A model generated the notes under the pieces. It saw only the letters and a program-made list of their open reading frames with translations. It was not told the origin of the DNA and did not search any database. The position numbers and the translations under genes were made by a program. From a virus, in the IMG/VR virus record IMGVR_UViG_3300006947_000003, positions 32,001 through 96,000 of that record: a DNA stretch of 64,000 nucleotides; one strand, given 5' to 3'. Each line of letters opens with the position of its first letter. Position 1 is the first letter of the stretch. Below, piece by piece: positions 9,667 through 22,300 of this stretch.

Positions 9667-10338
9667 TTAATTAACACTTGACAGATTAGTTAAAGTTTGA
9701 ATTCTTACTGTATATTCAATTTCAATTAACCGGTTTAAGGACTTCTGTACAGGGTGAAACACAACATGGGTTAATAATTTACCTGTATCAACAGTACCTA
9801 CCCAACTTTTTAATCCTAACTCATCAAATACATACGTACCATCAAAGTTATTCGTGTTGTCAAACGCCGCTTGTCCGCTTGGTTCACCATAATCTAACAA
9901 ACAACTTACAACGATATCAGTGTACACAGTACCCTCTACGTGTGATGTTGTTATTTTGTTACGTGCTGGGTCAGTATTTAACGCTGAATTGTTATCAACT
10001 ACTTTGTAATATGTTTGATTATATAAACTACTGTTAGTACCACTACTATTAGCAGGCTTATATGTAATTACCCCAGTAGGGTCAACACTAGTACCACCGT
10101 TTCCTAAGGCTATTTCATGAACAAATCCTGTTGTTTTATTAGCAATAGACAGCGCCATTGCTTCACTCATATTTTCATAATGAATAGCATTACGCTTATT
10201 GACGAATTCTTCACCTGATACTGGGTCAAATATTCTTATATGACCTTCGACGTTGACATTTCCAGTCTCATCAGGGTTATTATTTGATTTTTCTTTAATT
10301 TCGTTTTCCATGTCGTTATCTTCTTCTGCCTTATTCAT
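9667..10338 (-). CDS. Baseplate structural protein
   Basis: FDELGL...LLTHVVFHPVQKSLNRLIEIEYTVRI C-terminus; module position. True start may be the second Met. Confidence 0.6.
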   Translation of the reverse strand: MNKAEEDNDMENEIKEKSNNNPDETGNVNVEGHIRIFDPVSGEEFVNKRNAIHYENMSEAMALSIANKTTGFVHEIALGNGGTSVDPTGVITYKPANSSGTNSSLYNQTYYKVVDNNSALNTDPARNKITTSHVEGTVYTDIVVSCLLDYGEPSGQAAFDNTNNFDGTYVFDELGLKSWVGTVDTGKLLTHVVFHPVQKSLNRLIEIEYTVRIQTLTNLSSVN

Positions 10339-10342
10339 ATAT

Positions 10343-13300
10343 TTAGCTCTTTATGTAAGTCGGTTCATCAAGTAAGAAATTAGCCTGAGTCGTGGTTGAA
10401 TTTTGCAAGCCTAATCCGTTACTAGCATTACTACCTTGTGTAGTATACCAAGTTTTATCATGTGCTGATGGTATCTCTTGTCTAGTACTAACATCTATAA
10501 CATCACTATGTATTGGGTGACTTGCTGGAATATGTGTTCCACTAGTTCCGCGTCGTAGTCTTGATATTGTATTTGTTGCTATATCTAGATGTAAGTATTC
10601 TATTCTCTCGCCGCCGATCCACACAATACCGGGCATGTTGCTAGTATCATCCGGTACCGCAAATTGCTGAGCATTGTTTACTACTATTTCAGTATGCGAT
10701 GATAATAGCTCTGCGGCAGTAGTTGCTTTGTGTTTATTTGATATCCTGTAATAATGATTCTTATCAAATAAATCTTTAAAGATTTTAAATCCAATTGCCG
10801 GCTGTATAATTTCTTCTGTAAATTGTGTTATTATTGTTATGTCAGTTGCTTGTAGTGTACTAGCGAATGCTAATTTACTACCAAGCAGTTTGTAATCATA
10901 GTTCGGTACCATCTTAACACCATTTTTAGTTACCCACAAGTAAGATACATTAGTAGGATTTCTAAATAAACTAAACTCTGCTATATTTACAACACTTGCA
11001 GTTACGGCATCAAACGGCACAGATTCAAATCCTCTAACATCAAATCCAATATCAGTAGTAATAGCACTAGTTGAGCCACCTTTAAATGTTTCTGTTGTAA
11101 CTTTTAGTTTATTATGATTATTAAACGTTGTTACTACTAATGAGTCTGATCCACTCCACGTTCCGCCTGTGATTGTTAATGTTGTAGCATCAGTTAAAAT
11201 ATAATCAGCATTTGTAGTTACAGCAACATCAATTTTAGAACTAGCCGATGGTGCCTCGTCTAATTGAACTGCTTTTATTGTGCTATCTGATCCAGTAACT
11301 ATACTATAATTTGTAGTTTGTACACCGTTAATATAAACTCGTGTGTCGCTTTTTGTTAATGTTGCATGGTCAATATCTGCTTTTGTGGATAAATCGTATG
11401 TTGCTGAACTGGAATCGTTTGTTAGGTACGTGAACACCGGTGGGCGTAATCTTGTTCCGTTAAGTTCGACAATAATTTTATCTGTTCTTGCTAAAAATGT
11501 ATCGGCTCCGTCTGTTAATGTAAATGTTCTAGTGCTATCAGTTACAGTCCAGTCGTCTATTGTTACCTTACTAAATGTTCTAGTAGCAGATGATGCCACA
11601 TCAAATAACATAACTCGCACTTGGTCTGTTGCAGATAACGCGGTAGCCGGTGTCCAGGTTGTTTCTGTGCCGCTGGCGGCTAATGTTCCAGTTGTATTGT
11701 GTACGCCATTAACTGTAATAAAGTTTTGTTTAGTTGATATTAATGAATACGCTATTGGTAGATTAACAACAGTCTGACCAGCAATTGCTTGTTGTTCAAA
11801 ATCAAGTAACACACTATTACCGGTATTACCGAAGCTAGTTAGATGTATGATTTCGTTGTTTACTGGAGCAGTAGTGAACGTAATTTTATTATCAACCCAG
11901 TCAACGGTGTAGAGCGTAGAAGAAACTTTACCTGATGATCTAGAATATACAAGAACTGCTTGATCTGTTCCTGTTTTATCATCACCAAATTTAAATACTT
12001 TATTAGTTCCATCGCCTTTGTAATTTATACTATAAATTGGAAAGCCTAACGCATCATCATTGTCTGTATCTGTGCTAGGCGACGTGAACACGTTTATGCT
12101 TAATGAGTCAAACACTCTACCGGGCACAAATTCTTCAGGAGCATGTGAACTATAAGCATCAACAAATTTACTACTTCCATCTACAATAATATCTTCAGGT
12201 CGTAATCCTAATTGTGTATCATCAAATTTACCCTGTAAAGTTAAGTCGATATCTTTTGAACTTAAAATAAATCGACCGTCACTGTCGATTTCAAAGTTAT
12301 CAAACGGTTCAGTATCAAATGCACTGTGATCAAAGTTTGGTTCGTCTGAGAATAGTGGTCCTTGAACTTTTGTTCCTGGATATGTGATACCTTTAAATAT
12401 TGCTCCCAAGTCTACAGCATCTTGTCCTGCTTTAGGACTGTAATATGCCATAGTTCTATCCATTGCATTATTAAATGTAGCATCTGCCTTAATTGTTAAG
12501 TTATCACTATCAAATGTTGCTCCTGACGTAAAGCCCGTGTTAACTGTATATGCTTCTTTTAAGTGTTGGATGATATCGGTTGTAGTATAAGCAGTATTTT
12601 TAGTCCATGTTTTAACATCGGAACTAAATTTAATTCTATCAAATTTTAACGTTTCTTTTATTTTTCTTATATTGTTATTTTTTATAACAGCATACAAGTT
12701 TGTTGCTATTGTTGGACTACCACCGGTAATTGTAATAGCAGGTGTTGTAAGATATCCACTGCCCTTAGTTGTTACTGTTACACTATTAACTCGTCCGCCA
12801 CTTATAGTACACGTTGCTGTAGCAGTAACACCACCTGCAGGCGCGGCCGCAATTGTTATTACTGGTGCTGTAGTATATCCAGTTCCTTGCCAGTTTATAC
12901 GAATGTCGTCGACATAATAAGAATGATTATCTTTCCACATTTTGTAAGCAGTATTTGTTGTAAGTGTAGTAGCGTCGTGGCCCTTTTCTTTATTAGGTGA
13001 CCTAAACGTTTTAGTAATACTGTCGTATGTAGCTGGTAAATCGAAGTCTGAAGTGTCACCTAAATATGTTTCTAGTTTAGTGTAACCTAATACGTATTCT
13101 CTAATCTTAGAATGATACGGTTTTACTTCATTGATATAGCTTTTAACAAATTCTTGGTTATCTCTTTGGTATGTTGGAAATTGATCTAGTGCCCGTAAAT
13201 TATGTTTAACTTGGATGAAACTAGTTTTGAACATCCAATCAACATGTGACTGTTCTTGTAATACAAATTTCAATAAAACAAACATTAACTTGTTGTGTTC

Positions 13301-16300
13301 ATTTTTTAAATCGTGAACTAGAATTTGGTCTTTAATCGCATCAATAATATTCCTAGTTTCAATTTGAGGTTCTGTATCCATTAAATTAAAGTCGTAACCG
13401 TCTGTGTCAAAACCGTAACTAGTTTTAACATAATCATACAAGTCATCACCGAATTTTAATGTTCCGTCTTTTTGACCTATTAGTGTGTGCTTGCCGGATG
13501 TTTTAATATATAAATCCCAACTAGTACCTTTTGTTATTTTAATAATACTTTTATCTGCTATTGTAGTAGCATTTTCATACACTTTGTTAAAATCAGTATA
13601 ACGATAATCAATGTTAGTATCCGTACTATAACCAGTGTCGTACCAGTCTATAAATGCCCAGAACTTTTTAGTATCGTAACTTTGCGTTCTAGACCGTAAC
13701 CAAGTATTATCGGATTGTAATGTATGGATGCTCCAGCGACCGTTAACTACAGAATCAGTTATTACCGCTACTTTGTATCCTGTTTCTTTAAGAGCTACTC
13801 TGATATAACCCAATTCTGTTATTGAATTTACAGTCTCATTGTATTCCAATGAAGTCGTTAACGGTAACGGTTCTTCTTCGTTTAGCACAGAATAATCTAA
13901 ACTGTCACTGATATTATACTTTTTAATAACAGCATTCACGTATGTGATATACTCTTTTAAAGCAAGATATCTATTCATAAACACGCCCTGTCTTGGCCGT
14001 ATATCAATACCGTACTTGTCGCCAACACTTAGGTTAATATCTGGGACAATGTTGCCCTGTTTATCTGCACCTGCTAAACTATCTTTAATTTTCTTAAATA
14101 GGTCTACAGGTATTTCAAGTTGTGTACTGCCTTCTGGGATTAATTCCCACTCTGTGTGTAGTATTTTATCGTTCGGTTTCTTATCATATTCAACTGCTAA
14201 TACTGTATTGTTTGCTTCTATATACTTTGCTGTATTAACTAGTGCTACTTGATTTTTTCCTATAAATTGAGCATAAGCAGAACCGTTTGTTACAGGATCT
14301 GTAATCAGTTTTTTAATTGTTTCTGTACTTAATGTTTTTCCTTCATGTACAGTTGTTTTGCTAGTTGCCCAGAAGTAGTATTTTGTTTCTAGTAAGTTTG
14401 TAATAGTGTTAATTTTTTGTATTTCAACATACGCACTATCACCATATTTTGCTGTGCCTCCGGTATACACGCTAGGTTTTACAGTTGACTCGGTCCACTG
14501 GTAAATGCCAATAGTACTTCCTGGGAATAATCCACCCCAGAATAAAGATTTGTAATCAGCATTACCTTGTTCATAATTAATAAATTTAAGTTCGTTTATG
14601 TCCCACCAAATTTTTCCAATAAATATATCCTGGTTCCAATAAGCATCACTCTTATTAACATCTTTTGTTCCGTCGCTATAATTGTAAACTGCAGGATCCC
14701 ATGTTGTCTTATAATCAATATTCTGTTCGGCGGCTCCTATAATTTTTCCCTTAATAGGATCAATGTAATCTAAATATGTTACAATCTTATTTGTTTCTTT
14801 GTTGTACAAAAATACTTTATTAATTCTATCAATATCAACTAATGGTTCTTCCTTTGCATCTACTGAAAATAAGTCACCTGTTTTTTTATACGTTAAGACC
14901 TTGCCGGTATTTAATGTTATTCCGTCGTCATCGAGTGGAGCACTAACGTAAATAGTATCGTTAGTAATTGCTATACTAGATCCAAACTTGTCATTGCTAG
15001 ATAAGTTATTTGTGTATAAATTATCAGCTTCGACCCAGCTATTGCCTAGTTTTTGGAACACATGCGTAGAGCCTGTAAAGAATCTATTTGCTGTAAATCT
15101 AGTGCCGCTACTGTCAAATATAGTATTTTTAAGATCAACTGTTGTATAAACACGTGATGATCCACTTGGGCAACCAACAACAAGTAAGTTGTTGTTTCTG
15201 GAAACTTTAATGTTCTCGCCAAATTTGTGACCAGCGGTAATTTCTTGATTTAACGTAAGTGTTGTAGAATTAAACCAAGGAGCTAATCCGATGTCTTTAA
15301 AAATAGTGCCAGTTACCCCTGGAGTAACAATAATAGAATTCATCTTACCTACACTACTAGTAACAGTTAATACAGTACCTGCCGACGATGCTGTAATACC
15401 AGGTATATTTGCGTTATTGATATCAATTACAATACCTGATAATGTAGTAGTAGTAGACGTAACTTTATATCCATTAATGAAGAAACTTTCACCGGAGTTG
15501 TAAGATGTAAACCCTTCCGGCGATGATGTTACAACACATTTGTCATTAACTATGTTTTGATTCCTTTCAAATATCGAAACAGTTCCTGAATTTTCTACAA
15601 CGCCGTCACGTTCCGGAACACCAACATACACCGTTTGAGCCGATTCGTCTATCGCAATAGACGATGATCCAAATTGCCCGTCCACTTGTTTAGCAATGTC
15701 ACTTGGTGATATCATTTGTAACTGTCGCCACCTGTCGGTCCATAACGCTATTTCGTCACCTGTTATAGGTGCTGTTACAAATGTAATAGTATTGCCTGAT
15801 GATGACCATACCGTAGGCTGTTTTGTAATATTTGTACCGTTAACTGCTACAGTAATGTAACTCGCACTTGATCCTTCGGCTGTAAATGTTTTTGTAGTCC
15901 CGTCACCTACAAAACATTGCCAATGCCTGGTCTTAACTTCTACAGCACCCATTCTGCTTGTAGAATCGTCACCTACGGTGCTTCTATTAGGTGAACCAAT
16001 AGTAATGTGTCGACCTTGACTATCTATGCTAATAGTTTTACCATAGTCGGTATCTGTTCCGGTAAATGTCTCAACAAGTCTCCAGCCACCTAAAGAAGTT
16101 ACACTGATGTCACTGCTGGCAACCGGTGCCGTTGTGAACGTAATTACTTTAGTTATTGGGTTATATGTATAATCTCTTCCAGCTACGTAATCAGTACCAC
16201 CTATACGAATATATAATTCTTCTGCTGAACCAGGACTCCCAAGTGAAGTTAATGTAAACGTAGTATCAGATCCATCTCCGATAAATGTTTGTGTTAGAAT

Positions 16301-19300
16301 GGCATCCGGTTTAGCGTAGACTCTGTTATACACAAATACCTTTTTGTCGCCTGGCGCCGATACTACACACCATAACTCGTTAGCACTCATTTTTACATCA
16401 GTACCAAATTTAGCACTTGTTGTTAACCCTAACGGTTGAGATATTGTCCCTGGTAAAAATGTTCCACTTTTAGCGTCGTAATAATAAAATAGTACAGCAC
16501 CCTTACCACTATTTGAGTTAGGTGCTCCAGCAACGATCCAACGTTTTCCGTTATCCCATTCTTCGTATTTTCCTCTATGGTCTATATAGTTTTCATTATT
16601 TTTAAAAGGTCGCTCTGTAGGTGAGCCAGTACTAATACTTGCTCCTAATTCGTCAATGTTAGGAATGGTAGTTTCTATAACAGCACTATGGGTCATATTT
16701 ACTGGTTTAGGTGTGTATATCTGCAGTTTGTTTTTAGACTTTTGTCCTACTACTAACCACTGATTATTAATATCTGAACATATAGCATCACCAAATTCTT
16801 CATCTGCTACTCCTAGTAACGGAGTAATAGCTTGGCTTTCAGTATATTTTGTGTTCTTTTTTGCGACAAGCCAGCTTCCTGAATCATCTTTGTCGATATA
16901 AAACTTATCATTTGTTGACCAGCCTAATTTCGGTGCTGTAATCTTTTCTCCGTCTTTGAATCTAATACTTTTAAATTTTAATATAACTGTTGATCCGGCT
17001 TCTGCGTTCTTGCCGGATACCCCTGGACCGGATGTTGTAAATGATTGTAATGTAGGAATAGTTCTAATATCATAAACACCATTGCGGGTTACTGTTGTAC
17101 CATCTGTATGATAGTTTTTAATAGCAATAATATCTCCGACTGCTAGGCTGTGGTTGTCAGTTGTTGTCCATGTGTATGTTTCACCGTCAGCACCACCGTC
17201 GCAATTAACAACTTCTGTTGCTGTTGTGTCGAGGTATCTCATATCCCAATCGCCTGTAGAATCTTCTGCGATCCAAAGAGTAAATCCTATTTTAATTTTG
17301 TATAATATGTCTTTTAATGTGTCGGCATCTTTGTTGTAAAACAATGTTCCGTCAGCATCTGTTAATTTAGGATAACCAACATTAGGATATAATTCATCAT
17401 AAAATATATTGTTTTTATGTCCAGACACAAACGGTTTTCTAACAGGAACCCAGTCGTATGTTATATCCGAAGGTGCTTTATATAGTTGACTTGTTGTATA
17501 TTCTACTTTGCTGTTAACATCTGATTTGTTTTGTGTTGTTTTGTGTAATGTAATGGGCTGTGGGTTGTCAGTAAATCCTTCTTCATCTAATAAAATTTCA
17601 ACCCTAGAATTTAAATCAGTAGCGCCGTAGGCTGCATTTCTAATGGCCCATTCTTCGTAGTAACTAATATCACTGCTAATTTGGTCAAATTTACTTCTAA
17701 TTAATTTATCAACTGCGTTTTTTGTGCCTTTTTCCTGTAACATACCTTGATAAAATTTAACCTGACTCACATCATCAAGACCAATTTGGTCAAAGTAGCT
17801 TCTATTTTGATATGAGATAGCACCTTTACCGTATTTGTCAGTTTCGCTTTCTAGGTTAACTGTATTAACATCGTAAAAACTTTCAAAGTTCTTACCCAAT
17901 GTATCAAAGTTAGGTAGTAAGCCAATTTTAAATGAATCAGTTTGTGTCCAGTTTTCATATATAAACAAAGCTGTGCTTGTATGATTAGTCTTTGATGTAT
18001 ACATCAGATCTCTAAATGTAACAATATCACCTCTAACATAATTTGTATTTGCTACCCAACTCGGAACATCGCCGTCGTTGTAAATGAATCCTTCTGCTGT
18101 TAAACTACCGTCCCAGCCACCCGTCTTGTAACCAACTAGTCTTAACCTGTGCTGTCTATTACCTAAGCCAGGCTGGTATATAACATCATTAAATTTTGTT
18201 ATATTATTAAACACTAATACGTGTTCATACTGTACAAGTTTTGTATTAACAAAGTAAATTCCACCCTTGTCTAAGTTAGGGTATAATTCAAACTCACCGT
18301 CGCTTCTACTCATCTTGTAAGTATTAGGCCTTAGCGGTTCATATTTTTGATTTAATACATTTGTTTGTGCTTGACTGTTTGATAATGCGTCAGCGATGCC
18401 AATTGGTGTTATACATCTAATTCTACTAGAGCTAGGACTTAGTGTGATGACAGATCCCGGTAGCCAACCCTGTCCGGACCAGTGTACAAATTCCTTAACA
18501 CTCATCGCCCAGTTTGCCACTATTTTCTGTGAACCAAAATCTTCCATCCTATTATCAAAGTCATATCCGCTTGTAGTTAGGTACTTTTGATAAGAGAACA
18601 TAAAGTCTGCTACATCTTGTTTTGTATTAAATGTTGTACCATATGCTACTGCTGACTCTTCTACATAATAATCTTCCCATTCTGTTATTTTTTCTTCGTT
18701 AACGTCGTGTATTCTAAAGTTGCCATTTTCAATTGGCTTATGAATCGTAAATCTCGGGTTGGTTAAATCATAACCGTATACAGTATATCCACTAGCATTG
18801 CCTTGGACTATTACTCCACTGTATGGGATAGATTTAATTGGTCCTGTTTTATGTAGATGAACTGAATAATCTTCGTCTGGTATATAAACTGAGTTGCTTG
18901 TGCTACTTGGTGACACTTGTTCAGCTAACACTTTAATAAGTTTTTTATCTGTGTAACCTTCTAGTTTGTGAACTAATTTAATATCCAATGTAGTAATAAT
19001 ATTTGTTAAATTTGTTTTAACATCAACATTGAGCCAACGTAAGTAATCAGCAACGTAGTTTCCACATCCTTCGTATCGTGTTGTGGAAGTATCTACTTTT
19101 AAATCTGTTGGAGTCTGGCGCTGGTTTGTTAGTGTCATTACTAACTGGTCAGTTAATGTGTTTCTTACTATTTGGCTTTTATTGAATACTTGGCTTAAAT
19201 ATTCTGCTGGTCGGATTAATGACATTAAGTGTTGTACACTAAATGGGTAACTGCTAGAGTTCCTCCAAGCATGTTCCGAAGCCGCGCCATCACCAAATTT

Positions 19301-22300
19301 CCAAGCATGACTAGGTGATAAATCTCCCGAGTTAGGAGAAAGACAATCGATTGGTGATTTTAATTGCCCGTTTTCTGTTACAGGAATTAACGAATAGATG
19401 TCTGCCCGTTTGTACAATAAATCAACTGTGTACCCATCTACTTTAGCACTAGTATAGCGGTGTCCGTTCTTTACGTCATTCCATAGTACTTTGTTACCTG
19501 ATGTGTACGGAGCAGGACCGTATCTAGTTTCCCACCAACTTGGCTTTTGGCTCCAGCCAAACATTTCCCAAGAATTAGTATGAGGCTTGTACGTATCAAA
19601 GTAATATCTAAATAGACCCTTCCAGTGCCCTTGCTGTAATACTGTTTTATCGACACTATCTGTAAAGTTTTTATAATTCCATGTAGTTGATACATTAGCA
19701 TCAAATGTTGTGTTTTCTGTGTAAGGTATTCTGTGTTTCGTCACCCAACGTAGAAACTCATCTTCTAATATATCGTTAACTTGAGCTTCGGTGATGTCAG
19801 TAGCCCTAAAGCGACCAGGCGTATATTTTTTAATATTAAAAACGGTTTCTTGATATTCTGTTTTAATATTATTATACATTCGTTTTTCAAGTTCAAGTAT
19901 AACGTTGTCCCTGTTATCGCCATATGCTATTGTTCTACTTCCGTCGTGACCGACTATAACATTTTGAGTTACAGCATACGTATCGTCGCTGACTATTTCT
20001 GGTTTAAATTTTGGATATAATCCTAATTTTGTTGGCGTTGGCGCAACATAGTTTCCTAATGTATTTGTATAATCAACTATTTTTAACACATCGCCAATTG
20101 TTATTGTTTTAATTATTTTAACATTAGAACTCTCAGTTTCAAACGTATAGTCTAATCCATGATACAGTTGGGCGTTATTTAAGTATACTAATATAGCCCG
20201 ATTTCCCGGAACAGTATTATCAAATACACTAGATACTTCGTATGTCTTATCTCGGTCGTCTGTGATAGTATATGTTATTACGTCAGCATCAGCACCGTAA
20301 GGTATCATATCTGATGTGTAAAATGGGAATGTTGAACTTTTATTAGCATTAACACTTTCCATAACAGTATCAACAGTAGCACTAACATTTGTAAGGTCTA
20401 AGTTGTCTAATGTTTCGAGTGTAGTTAAGAACTTTGATTTAAATTTTTCGTATTCGGAATTAGCAAACTTTAATGAATCAACGTAGTTTAATTCACTTTG
20501 CTGACTTAAAAGCATCGGGAGAATCATCGACGAACTATGTTGAGTAATTAGCCCCTCTGTTGCTTTATAATTTTCTAAGTCTCTTAAATTGTTACTGCCT
20601 TGTAATGATCCAGTAAAAAATTTATTAGTATCAACTAATGCTGACACGTGGTTTTGTAATTGCCCCAATGTAATATTAGTAAATTTCTCGTTTTGTCCAT
20701 TGCTTTCTAAGTTTTTAGGAACAACATAATACGCACTTTTAGAAGTAGTTTTACTAAAAAATTGAATAGTAATCGAATCACCTAACACTTGAGTATTAGT
20801 TAATTTACAACTATACAATCCATTTTGCAATGCTATTGTGAATGCTGTTGTACGCTTATTGTTAATATAAACAAATACATTAGGCAATGCTGTTACAGAG
20901 GTATCTGGATTAGCGCCTAAGTCATATGATTTAATTGCTATATCATCAACTGTGTATTCTATTTGCTGAAACTGTCTACTGTGCTGTATACCTTTTTCCC
21001 AGCCGTTTGTATACGAAACTGTGTTGCTGTACGGGTGTGTTTTCTTTGCTAACGTAGTGGCAGTACTTACTGTTGCAACACCAGTTGTTTTTTTGTAATT
21101 AAATGTATCGTTAACGTATGTGTTATCGAATAAAATGTCGCCGACGTTGTTAAATGTTCTATACTTTAGCGGTATTCCTATAATAGTATCATTTTTACCA
21201 GTTCCTAAGGTGTACTTAAATAAACTGTTTCCTAAAAAGTCACTTGCTGGATATGTTGTTGTATCATTGATATTAATACCTGTACTGTCGTACAATTTAA
21301 ATATAGGATATTGATTTACTTTAGTTTTAGTTTGCGACGCAATCCAGTTAGCACCATCCCAATGGTATGTTTTTCCTTTGCCTACGGTTCCTTTGCTAAA
21401 GTAAATACTGCTTCCTGTAGTAACAGTTTCTTTGTCATAGTCAGTTAGTGTCATAGTTTCAGCAGTGGAATCACCGTCTATATCTCGCCAACCAATTGCC
21501 CAGGGATTTTTTCTAGTTTGTAAGTCATTATCTTTTGCAAAGATAATGTTATCTAGTCCGGATAAACTTACACCATCAACATAATAACCTGAACTGCCAT
21601 GTACACTCGACAACGCATCAGTGGTAGTTGTATCGATTAATTCCATTCCACTAACACCAATAGTGCCGTGATTAAATAAGTGTAGGCCAGCATCATATTG
21701 TATAATTGGCCTTACGGCTCTTAAACTATCATCAATGATTGTTACTTCACTGTTATATGTTGCTGTTGTTGTAATAATATCTTTATGGAACCACTTGTTG
21801 CCTCTGCTCCAAGCATTTTTATCTGTTGCTCCGCGAGTCATTACAATGTAATCTTTATTGTCTAGATCGGTTTCAGGGGCAACTAGCGTAGTGTCAACAA
21901 GGTGGATTTTGTCGCCAACACCTTCGATATAATATGATTTATTTTGGTATTTTGTTTCTGAAATTGTTGTGTCAAATGTTATTTTTAATCCATTAGTAAA
22001 CACAATACCATTAGGTGCAGTATATGTTTTCTTTCCTAAAAAGTCTGTCGATTCTATTGAGGTAGTAACAGCATTGGCAATTTTAATTGTGCCATACGTA
22101 GTTTTATTAGTACCGTGTTGATAATAAAGTGTATCTAACTTTGCTGTTAGTACAGGTACAACTGTAAGATGATTAGTAGAGGTTTCTTTATAAAAATGTC
22201 TTCCGGCATATGTAGTTCCCTCTGTTATGTATATCTTGTCTGTAAATGTTACATTAGCAATTTTTGATAATACAATTCTAGAATTAACAATGTTAATACG